The translations under genes were made by a program, and so were the position numbers. This document shows positions 52,859 to 64,000 of a DNA stretch of 64,000 nt, piece after piece; the first letter of the stretch is position 1, and the number at the start of each line of letters is the position of its first letter. The notes beneath the pieces are model-generated. The model did not search any database, was not told the origin of the DNA, and worked only from the letters and a program-made list of their open reading frames with translations. Origin of the DNA: Octopus vulgaris (Eukaryota); NCBI GenBank assembly GCA_951406725.2, contig OX597820.1:75082001-75146000 (forward strand). Direction: 5' to 3'.

Positions 52859-53173
52859 TTAGATGGGAGCCTTTTTCTTGTTTTGAAACATCATTTTTTT
52901 AATTACAAATAAATGTTCTTCATTTAAAAACCACCTGTACCCAAAGACGTATTTCTAGATATGGCCGATTCAAAAGCTCACGAATAACTGGCTGAAGTAG
53001 GAATGCGTTATGTTAGCTGATAAAAACCACTGGTAACAACGATTCTGTTGACAAGAAATGACAACAAAGTGAACAGCGTTAATAAAAATCGAATGAATAG
53101 CGAAGGGCATAAAAATAGTTCCAAACACTTTATTTCTTATAGGCATATTACTTTTACATGACTCAGAGCGAAA

Positions 53174-53224
<51 letters not shown>

Positions 53225-54001
53225 TATGTATGTATATGTATGGTTATATATGTGTATATATATATTTGTACGTGTGTATATGTATATGTGCATATATGTG
53301 TATATGCATGTATATATTATAACATATCTGAGATGTGTGTATGAATGTATGAGTGTGTGTTTTATTAGACAGTATAGCGTTCAACTTAAATAGTGTTTAC
53401 TAATTATATTTTATAATTTGTACCTCGTCTTTCGACGTAAACATTGAAACAAAACAAAATAGAAATTAAATTTCATGTTTGATGTCCAACATGATTTGTT
53501 CTTTTTTTTTCCGCAGACACTAATGAAAACGTCTTTTGCTAAGTTATAACGGAAGGAAAGAAATCATACATTTGTTAACGAAGCAAAATATTTCTATATA
53601 TGCGTTTGTACTAAGTGTCTGCTTGTACTGAGTCTGCGACCGTATGCGAGTGAATATATTTTTGTGTATAGCTACATATATGTGTATCTGTTTGTAAATG
53701 TGTGTATGTAAATTTCCTTCGTGCAGACTCTGCAGAAGGCTGTGTATTGCTGCGAAGGCTACTGGATAAGGAACGAGATTTTCTACTTGAGACAATTAAC
53801 AAAATCCTAGTCCCATTAACTGCGATTTTCGGCTGAATCATTCAGCCAGAGAAATAACAGACTCCAAGGTAATATCCTTTTGATACACTACAGGAAAACA
53901 TATGTCAGGAGTCTTGTTTCATTTCAAGCACAAACTATATATAAATATGCATATATGCATATATGCATATACATACATACGCGTACATATACATATACAT
54001 A

Positions 54002-54072
<71 letters not shown>

Positions 54073-54077
54073 CATAT

Positions 54078-54138
<61 letters not shown>

Positions 54139-54171
54139 CACAAATACGCATACACATAAATGTACATGTGA

Positions 54172-54205
<34 letters not shown>

Positions 54206-54504
54206 TTTACCGAAAATAGTTCTAAGGAAGGAAAAGACACGTTTCTGAAGGAGTTCTGTGAAACAAAATAGGAGAAAAGATATGGATTTGTACCATGGTT
54301 TGGTTACCAAACCACTACCACGTTATTCATTTGAATAATTCTCCTGTTTCACAGATTTCAATTACATTTTTCATAGAAAAAATAATATTCCAACTACAAA
54401 AGCTGTGCTTTCAAAACAACAGCGATAACGGAGAAACTTTTTTTGATTACATTTATGATGAAGATGTTGGTAATGAGAATGAAGGAGAATATGACTGTTT
54501 AAGG

Positions 54505-55126
54505 TTAGGGCCAACGAAAATCTCTATTGACCATACGATAAAACTTCTCGTTAAATGGTCGGTAAAAATCTCTGAGGCGTTTAAGTATTGTTATATCAAC
54601 AGTTGGATGCGGTCTCCCTTTCGTTTTCCCTAAGCAATGAGGGTGTCCGCTTCCTTCCGATTTCTTCAAACATGGGAATCCTTTTGTTTCATTAAAATAG
54701 AAATGCTTCTCCGAAATTATCCTTTTCAAGCCAAGAAAATCTTGCACCCGCCCAAGTTCTCGAGCCGGGTCTGATATCAATTGCTCTCCACTGACGAAAT
54801 GTATTTGTGACAATGGAAAATAATTGAGCCATCGTTCTAGGTATTTCGCATAAACACCAATGCGTATAATATTTCTACTCGTATCAACAATACGTGTCGA
54901 TAGATTGAGAAACGCTAAATCTTCAAAGCGATGCATTTTGGTAATTCCTTTAGAGGCCAACTGGGTATAGTCAGAAATAGCACGAGTTACTGGGTCACGT
55001 ACAATTATCAGGATTTTCATATCTTTAGACATGTTATATATCCTTCTTGGAACATCTTTGGTAATAAAATAACTTGGAGTTTTCTCGATTGTCATTTGTC
55101 CTTCGATAGTCGCAGGCATTTTCTTC
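54505..55126 (-). CDS. HS3ST: Terminal coding exon of heparan sulfate glucosamine 3-O-sulfotransferase (HS3ST2/3/4/6, Hs3st-B type)
   Basis: Open ~206 codons with [22 protein letters not shown] (3'-PB motif), [12 protein letters not shown]...[12 protein letters not shown] and LRDFYRPFN. The acceptor TTTTACAATTTCAG|G lies at 55127/55126. The 5'-PSB exon (IIGVKKGGT-type) was not found in the window. Confidence 0.95.
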
Positions 55127-56184
55127 CTGAAATTGTAAAAGTAAAATGCAAAGCATTATACACACATATTATATACTGTCACATAAATACATTAAATAAT
55201 TATTTTCAACCATTACACACCATTGCCATTCTTTTCAACCATTTATTACATTCCTCAGTACCACAGTTGAATAGAACATATATACTTATGTATACACACA
55301 AAAACACACATACTCACACGCACACAAACATATATCTATTGCTGTGTCCGGGAAGAGTCATGTGCTCGCGCGCGTGCGTATGAGTTCCACAGCTGAATAA
55401 AAGTATATATATATATATTGTTGTATCTGGGGAGAATCATTCTCTTTTAGGACCTCATTATTTAACACCTTCATCGGTGTTCAAGGACTATTGAAAATGT
55501 TGCAAGACGCAACGAACATTTTTTGGGAAATAAATGAGTGAATGAGTGGAAACTAAACCGGTGTGTTAAATAATGAGGCAACAAAATATGCTTCAACGCA
55601 CGAACTCTCACAAGGAATCCTGCAAACAAAATCCCAAACCGAAATACACACACACACACATACACACACACATACGCACACACACTCACACACACACACA
55701 CGCATACACACACACATACACACACACACTCACACACATTGTTGTGTCCGTGAAGAGTCATGTGCGCGCGTGCGTGTGTGTGTATATGAGTTGTTTTGTA
55801 CTTCTACCGGTCTCTTTCACTGAATCACGATATTGGGGGGACGTAAAACAAGTGAACACCGTTTATCAAGCGACGATGAGGACAAATACAAACATCAAAA
55901 TATTCATATTTATAAATATATATACATCCATACACACAGATACACAAAAACACAAGGACGCACACACAGACATGTGCCAGATATCTGGGAGACTCTTCTT
56001 AAAGTAGTAGAAATGGCTAAAAAACTTTTTGGCTGCTATTTCTAAAAAATTCAGTATGTGGCAAAGTAAATTATTTTACTGAGCCCTAATTATATAACGT
56101 AATATTTTGAATACGCCTTGAATGGTCCTTTTACATACTGAACACTACTTGGTGAAATTAATTAATAATTAATTGATTTTACCC

Positions 56185-56231
<47 letters not shown>

Positions 56232-56639
56232 CGTTTTTATATGTGGTTTGCAAGATTCCTAATCTGAATTCTAGTTTTGAAACAATGTTTTTTTGTGTGT
56301 GTTTGGGGAGAGTTATAAGTGCTTGAATGTAACACACCGGTTCAATTTCCTTTTATTTATTTATTTCATAAAGATTGTTCACTGCTGCATTTGAGACCTT
56401 ATTAATAAATTTTGACTCTGAGTCGCTAGTTTATGCAAAATTTCGAAAGTAAACTTTACGTAATGCATTAGGTATTAGAATAGAACTTCATGAGACTTGC
56501 ATGAAATGTGCGCTTTCTCATTCTGGGTGCTCCAGAGATTGTCTTTTTGTTCATATAAGGAGGAAACAAAAAGCAAATAAGAGTGTGGCTAGGGGATGAA
56601 TAATAAGCGTAGAGGACATGTGGGGGAGGATATAGGCGA

Positions 56640-56850
56640 AGAATACGAAGAAGAGTACAAAGTAGAAGGAGAAGAGGAAGAGGAGGAAGAAAAAGAAGAA
56701 GAAAAATAAGAAAAAGAAAAAGAAGAAAAAGAAGAAGACGAAGAAGAAAGAAGAAGGAGGAGAAGAAGAAGAAGGAGGAGGAGAAGAAGAAGAAGAAGAA
56801 GAAGAAGAAGAAGAAGAAGAAGAAGAAGAAGAAGAAGAAGAAGAAGAAGA
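56640..56850. repeat. (GAA)n-rich purine tract
   Basis: Directly visible; it explains the poly-F/poly-L ORFs. Confidence 0.95.
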
Positions 56851-57349
56851 TGAAGCATATACGTAGGACCATATATATCACAAAGGCTTTATCTGGAGTA
56901 AGGCTTTACAAAGCGGTCGGTCAGTACAACCATGCCACTGGTACCTAATTGGGTGGGATGGGGAGAAATGTATTTGACCACCAGACGACATTCACCAGCA
57001 ACGAAAGTGACGGAAGAGAAAAATCGACTAAACTGATAACTCTGACAATTGCTAAGGGATAAAGATAATAAGGATACTCGTGACCTGGTGATGTATGTGG
57101 TAGGGAAGTAGTGTGACAAATAGTAGGATGGCATAAATCCCCTACTGGCTAGCAGACCTATTCTGTGACCTTAGAGTTTGTAAACAGCAACGGATAAAAG
57201 ATGCAGAAGTAGAAAAAATGGGTGTGCCCCAAAGAGTTGAAGCAGAAATTATGAATTTAGAGTTTAAATGAAAAGTGGTCAAGAAAATTATAAATTATGT
57301 TAGGTGAATTGTATGTATATATACATACATATGTTATCTTACCATTTTT

Positions 57350-57385
<36 letters not shown>

Positions 57386-57398
57386 CTTACCATTTTAT

Positions 57399-57442
<44 letters not shown>

Positions 57443-57948
57443 CAACATATATATATTATAAATGTATGTATGTATGTATAACAAAAAAGGTGAATATTCA
57501 GCAAATGCAGAGAGACCTAATATAGAAATTATGAATAAATAAATAAATAGATAAATAGGTTCTATACATTGAAAATTAATACTTTGCTTGTGTTGCGTAA
57601 GTAACAGCCCTATGAAGAATATTGAGGGTGAAAGTGATTAAGGTAAATATATAATATGCTACGTTTAGAATTAAAAAAAAAATTAAAAATGGAAAAGTAG
57701 ATTATGATTAAGAGACTAGAATTAGCAAAAACAAAATAAAAATATATATATTAGTTATGGCGTAAGTTAGGAGCATATAGGTCATGAGGTTAAATTGGGA
57801 TTAGGGTTGAATATGTAATGTATTACGTTCGAATATTTAAAGAAAATTAAACGTCTACATTTGTAGGTCATTGAAATAAACACTCCGTTCATTTACCTCG
57901 TCGTCGTCATCATCATCATCATCATCATCATCAGTAATGGTGGTGATG

Positions 57949-57991
<43 letters not shown>

Positions 57992-58510
57992 CAGCAGTAG
58001 TAGTAGTAGTAGTAGTACAGGCATATGTATGCCAGCGAAACGGCAGAATTTTTAGGACGCCGAAAACAAAATGATTAGCGTTATTACATCCGTCCTTACA
58101 TTCTGAATTCAAAACCCTACTGCGGTCTATATTGCTTTTCATTCGATATAAAAGGGTCCAATTGAGTGTTTAGATCGATGTTATCGACCTAGCTCCTTTC
58201 CCACAATTACAGACATGTTGCCGAAATTTGAAACCACTATTATATATTTGTGCTTATACTTATAAATACAGGTATATATATAATTAGAAATATTGCATTC
58301 TAAACCTCTCAGAGAGATTTATACAGTAGCAGCACGATATGGCGATGGTTTGTTGCCAACTTAATGTGGCAGTCATTGAAAAGGGGGAAGATTGCTATTG
58401 CTATTTAGCCCCAGGAAACACCGTTACAATTGGCTATGTGACACAGGCTTTCTGTGTCCTTACGTTTTCAAACAGGGGAGTTAAGCACCTCCTCCCAGCA
58501 AAGCCAGCAG

Positions 58511-58551
58511 CCAGAGACAAGTTTTGGAGGCATTGCCTTTCATCAGTCTGG
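58511..58551 (-). ncRNA. Type I minimal hammerhead, decayed copy
   Basis: Minus strand: CCAGA-CTGATGA-A-AGGC AAT GCCT-CC-AAAA-CTTG-TC-TCTGG (GAAA mutated to AAAA). Confidence 0.6.
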
Positions 58552-58754
58552 AGTAGCTTTGCAGTCTTCCCTTTCTTGGAACTGCCACAGTAAATTGGCA
58601 AAAAACCGCCACTTTATCGTACTGCAACTTTATATGTCTCTCGGGGAGATTTAGAAATGCAATATTTCTAATTTTGTAGATCAGTGAATATATTTCACTT
58701 GACAATAAGTTTTCAAAGGTGATGAAGCATCGACCGCTAGCAAGCTAAGCTACT

Positions 58755-58795
58755 CCAAACTGATGAAAAGCAATGGCTCTGAAACTAGTCTCTGG
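58755..58795 (+). ncRNA. Type I minimal hammerhead ribozyme, core intact
   Basis: CCAAA-CTGATGA-AA-AGC AATG GCT-CT-GAAA-CTAG-TC-TCTGG. It has canonical CUGAUGA and GAAA, a GUC cleavage triplet, palindromic CTAG helix III, and stem I with one mismatch. Confidence 0.75.
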
Positions 58796-58987
58796 TTGCT
58801 AAGTTTGCTGGGTGGCAGTTCTTATCTCCCCTGTTTGAAAACGTAAGGACACAGAACGCTTCTGTCACATATCCAACTGGAAACGGTGTTTCCTGGTGCT
58901 AAATAGCAGTAGCATTCTTCTCTTTCCTGGGACTGCCACTATTTATATATATTTATTCATATATATAAATCGTGATGAAAATATATG

Positions 58988-59025
<38 letters not shown>

Positions 59026-59256
59026 TGCATATATGTTTGTATATATTTGCATATGCGTATGTACGTGTGTGTGTGAGCTTTCGTTTTGTCACGAAGTGAA
59101 GCACTGATATTTTCATTTTACGTATTCTTTGGAAGTTACAATGAAATATGGCGTCGTGACATTTATATGGGGATGAACGTTCTAAAATGTTTTCCTAGTA
59201 ATATAAGCATAAACCTTACACTTTCTTTACACTTATATCGATACACACACATACAT

Positions 59257-59334
<78 letters not shown>

Positions 59335-60024
59335 TGACTTACGGGAATAGTATGTCAATACAATAGTCAATGGTTGTGAGTCGGATGTGTAAATCATAAT
59401 TCCCCCGGGGCACTTTGATAAGAAATGTATTCTCTTAGAAGTAAGTTTGTATAATTATATTTACATGAGAATGGTATTGGTGCTATTTAAAAAAATCGCA
59501 TAATGTTCATGGGATTCAATAGTGCTAGCGACATAATTTGCCTTTCACACTTTAGCACGGATTTTGATTGATGGATATTTATCCTTCTTCATTTCAACAT
59601 GTCTCCTGTAGTCTTCTTGAATGCATTTCTCAGTTTTTGGGCTCTTATATAAGGAAATTTAAAAAAATATATTCAAGAGCAAATATCTTATTTTCTATAC
59701 ATCATATACGTATAAATATTGATAGTAAATTTTGGCACAAGGCCAGCAATTTGGGGGGAGGTGTAAGTCGATTAAAACGTTCACAGCGTTCAAGTGGTTC
59801 TTATTTTATCGACCCTGATAGTATCAACGGCAAAGCTGACCTCGGCGGAATTCGATCTCAGGACGTAAAGACAGGCAAAATGTAGTTAAGAATATTGCTC
59901 CGCGTGCTAGCAATACTGCTCATTGGCCTTCTTTTGTACGTATAAATATTAATTGTAAATTTTATCTTTATTAAAACTATAAATCTCTCCAGCTTGCTGA
60001 TTAATAGTTATATCCAAATAAGCT

Positions 60025-60414
60025 GGCGAGCTGGCAGAAACATTACCACGCCGGGTGAAATGTTTTGTCGTATTTCGTCCGCCGCTGCGTTCTGAGTTCA
60101 AATTCTGCTTAGGTCGACTTTGCCTTTCATCCTTTCGGGTTGATAAATTAAGTACCAGTTATGCACTGGGGTCGATATAATAGACTTAATCCGTTTGTCT
60201 GTCCTTGTTTGTCCTCTCTGTGTTTATCCCCTTATGGGTAGTAAAGAAATAGGTATTTCCTCTGTTTATACATTCTGAGTTCAAATCCCGCCGAGGTCAG
60301 CTTTGCCTTTCATCCTTCCAGCTCGATAAGTTAAATACCAGTTGCCTACTGGAGTGGTTCTAATCGACTGTCATCTCCCCTAAAATTTCGGGCCTTGTGC
60401 CAAGAGTAGAAAAT
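60025..60414 (+). mobile_element. SINE family C
   Basis: Collinear with 7464-7852. Degenerate relatives lie at about 14870-15010, 48810-48985, 58030-58235, 59730-59930 and 62720-63080. Confidence 0.9.
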
Positions 60415-60542
60415 AATATTTCTATATATTAATATTTACATGTATTCAAATATCGAAGTAATAAGGTTAAATAAAATTTTATATCATAATTCCTATACGC
60501 CTTTCAAAATTGTTAGTTTGGAACTCTGCAATAGGTGTACGT

Positions 60543-60968
60543 ACTCTTTACTTGTTTCAGTCATTTTACTGCGGCCATGCTGGAGCTCCGCCTTTAGTCG
60601 AGCAAATCGACCCCAGGCCGTATTCTTTGTAAGCCTAGTACTTATTCTATCGGTCTCTTTTGCCGAACCGCTAAGTTACGGGGACGTAAACACACTACCA
60701 TCTGTTGTCAAGCGATGGTAGGGGACAAACATAGACACACAAACATATACACAGACACATACACACACATACAAGCCTCAAAGGCCTTCAAGGCTCAAAA
60801 TTCTTCATGCACCCCTCGTGTGTCTATATATATATATATATATATGACGGGTTTCTTTCAGTTTTACCAAATCCAATTACAAGACTTTGGTCGAACCGAG
60901 GTTAGAGTTGAATACACTTGCCCGAGGAACCATGTAATTGGTAAGCAACATCTCACCACAGAGCCATA
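60543..60968 (-). mobile_element. SINE family A
   Basis: Well-preserved tail CTCTTTACTTGTTTCAGTCATTTTACTGCGGCCATGCTGGAGC with a diverged head. Confidence 0.85.
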
Positions 60969-63900
60969 TCTGAGTTTTTAAATACTCACATACATTCCAT
61001 TATATTTATATATCATTTCACTACGTATTAACAAATATTTTCAATACTATATTAGCCATGTTTTATCTTTCTACATAGTGTGGGGTGTAATATGAAATTA
61101 AGAAGTATTCGAACTCAGGGTGTACTTTGCAACATATATACATTCGAACTGTGTAGACCGCTGCCTTCTATTGAAGAAGCACTGGTTTATTTATGTGTAT
61201 TTTAAATATAGACTTTGGAAATGCATTCCGCATTATATATGTGTCTACTGTTTTTCTTTTTTCTTTTCAATAATCTCTCAACATTATACGATTATTTATT
61301 TTGACTGAGGAATAAAATAATATAAACTAGAAGTTCAAGTTGAAATGGATTCAGGTTCTTTTTCTTTTATATACTTGAATACAACTGAAGTTTATTGAAT
61401 CAATAGATGAATATTGGTAATTGCAGTGAGGACTATGGTATAGCCATGAATAACATGACAAAATCAGGCGTCATATACATTACAATGTTTCATAGAGTAA
61501 AAGGGTTATAAATTATTGGATTTTTTTGTAAATTATGCAGTGAATCACCGATTTGGCTATCCTTGGTAAGTGGTATATCATTAGATGATTTCTATTCTTG
61601 AATTTCTAGGGTGATTTCGTATTTCATTCTAGAAAAATGAATTAAATTAGGTGCAGTAGATGAAAGTTCGTTCCAGTGTAAATGAAAACTAATCAAGTTG
61701 TCTACAAAAATGAAGACGAATCAATAGAATCTCCACCATTTAAAGAAGATATCGCAGTCGATAAGTTTACCGCTGCTAGCGAGCTAACAGCAACAACAAC
61801 AACGACAGCAACAACAACAGCAACAATGGCAATAGCAGCAACAACATCAGTAATAATGACAATTCAATAGGGAATGTTATTATGAATATGATAGTAGATG
61901 CTCCAAACAGTGCTGCTGTGATGTAGTAGCTCCGTCTACTTTTGACGACACGCCATACCGAGATATTCCACAGCTTTGAAAGCATACATATTATCCTGGT
62001 GAGAAAAGCAATTTCTACGAATCTACCAAAGTTAAGTTCATTTTAACGAAAGCCTTCGGAAACTGACAGCTTTCCATGCAGAATATTTATCTCCCATGTG
62101 TGTATGCCCTATATGCATATTGAAAGCATTTGACTGTCAAATAGTTGCCTAATTCACTAATGTCATGGCCCTGTGTAGTACATATCCACAGTGTGAGAAG
62201 TATGAGCAGTGGATAATTACAAATGTCTCATAAAAATCGCCATTTATTTTGGATTTAACTCTTGCTGAGAATGAAGACTGGAGGTTATGGATTCATTTTA
62301 GTGCGTAGCATTAGAAGCATTCTATTAGGAAAGCATCGTTAGGTAAAGATACATTATCGTTCTTTTTCTTTTACGGAAGCGTGATGGTTAAAATAAATTA
62401 CTAAGGTACCATGGAAACAAGCCATTAGTTACATGATGACACATGGTCTAATGGTTCTGGTGTTGCACTCACGATCTCAAGACCGTGGGTTCAATTCCTA
62501 GACCGAGTAGAGAGTTATGATCTGTTGCTCAGCAATCACCTCGACACCTGACTCGTGATACACCGTGTACCTGTTCAAGCAACGTCGATTTGATGGAGGA
62601 AGTGAGTTAATACACAGAATATGAATTCGATCACTCTAATACTTCGTCTACGACGTGAGTGTCCGCCATACTGGTTTCTTATTTTAGTAGAAAGTAATTT
62701 TTAGGAAAGTGCTTTTTCTCAACCACCGAACCCAGTACTAGACTTTTACTTTCATCACAATTTCTGGAGAGATATAATACAAAGCTGAGTTCAGTGGGGT
62801 TTGAACTCAGGATCAAAATAACCGGGAGAAAAGACAGAAGTCATTTTAGCTGATGTTCTAACGATTCCACCAAGCCTCAAAACCTATTACCATAAATACT
62901 TTTGCGCGAAGTCGTTTGCGGATAACATCAACAGTAGTACTTGACTGCTAATTCATATTTATAGGTGATGAAAACGACGAATTATGAAGTTAATCTCGGC
63001 GGGTCTCAAGCTCAAAATGGGAAGAGTCGTAGCAAATACCACAAAGTAAATTATCCAGCGCTGTAACAATTCGCGCAACATAGCACTTTATTTGTAGTTA
63101 CTATGAATAAGAATAATAAACATGTCTGTAGTTTTAGTTCTTTTGTCTCTCTTTTTTTTTTTTTTTTTTTTGAAAATCTGAACACAGAAATTTTTGAAGT
63201 ACGAAGGAAAAAAAAAAAATTGACACTTGTTCTATAATCGCTCAATTAATGTTGGAAACGTGCCAAAAATGTCAGCGTTTACATACGATAGACGCTTAAT
63301 TTGCCGCACGTTAATAATAACAAATTTGCCAAAGGGGAATAAAGATTTAGTGACTGAACTGAATCTATCACGGTACAAAATATATATATTGAGCATAAAA
63401 TAGAACCGAAATGTTAGTATTAATCTATTGTTGCATTAGTTTATTGTGGCCCGAATTTACAGCATTTCAATATGCGATTTCAGAAATTATGTCGTCTGAA
63501 GGCACAACTTGCAAGTGTTAATTCAGACAACAATGACGATTTCCGGCTCTGTGGATGAAAGCGATGAATGCGCAGACTGAATGGTTTTCTACTACGATTA
63601 TTATTATTATTTCTTTTTTTTAATCAATCTGTCTATATTCTATACCTTTGTAATGAAATAATTTTCTATTGAATGGGACATATATATTAAAAAAAGTAAA
63701 CGGCAACAATGAGAGAACGAAAACACAAAAATAGTTGAATAAATAACAAAGGATTTGATTGTGAAAAGATCTGATTCAGCGAATTGAAGCAATTTTGTTT
63801 CCCAATTATTTTCCAATTAACATTGTTTGTAAATAGCTGCGAATATTTCTATAAAGTAATGGACGACTGGTGTAAAACAATAGAATTTTTTTTGAAACGG

Positions 63901-64000
63901 CTGTCTTTTTTACTGAAAGCTATTTCGCGTTACTAATATTATCTATTGGAAATGTATGTCCATCACCAATTCCTGTTACTACCGATAATGAGTTAGGTTA

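Larger units (their letters stand above)
58282..58939. mobile_element. Non-coding hammerhead-bearing element (PLE pseudo-LTR/retrozyme-like): an inverted copy plus a 351-nt permuted unit
   Basis: 58282-58395 is inverted relative to 58561-58673, and 58398-58559 is inverted relative to 58747-58910. GCAGTCTTCCCTTTCTTGGAACTGCCAC (58561) recurs, diverged, at 58912. Confidence 0.8.

Noticed and set aside
54295-55383. Plus-strand ORFs 54295..54633 and 54931..55383
   Set aside because: They are antisense to the HS3ST exon and have no independent coding signal.

Overview
This is AT-rich, repeat-dense eukaryotic DNA. The SINE families and heavy (TA)n/(CA)n/(CTAT)n/(CATA)n load look like an octopus or other coleoid cephalopod genome (inference from recalled repeat families, not searched). 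Only one host gene is recognisable: the terminal coding exon (54505-55126, minus) of a heparan sulfate glucosamine 3-O-sulfotransferase of the HS3ST2/3/4/6 / Hs3st-B type. Its upstream exon(s) were not found. Almost every other ORF in the track is a microsatellite artefact. The mobile elements are about 20 tRNA-derived SINE copies from about four families, two decayed Penelope-like retroelements (PLEs; RT plus GIY-YIG), two RTE 3' fragments, mariner/pogo-type MITEs including two foldbacks, and a Helentron-type non-autonomous element. Two things stand out. (1) A 2.2-kb L1/Tx1-like element carries only ORF1 (no RT) and is inserted into the tRNA-like head of a SINE with a perfect 17-bp target-site duplication (TSD). 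(2) Several unrelated small non-coding PLE-terminus-like elements carry minimal hammerhead-ribozyme (HHR) motifs and occur as inverted or tandem units. One is a 351-nt retrozyme-like unit with an intact HHR core in the presumed HS3ST intron. All coordinates were read by eye, and repeat boundaries are approximate.
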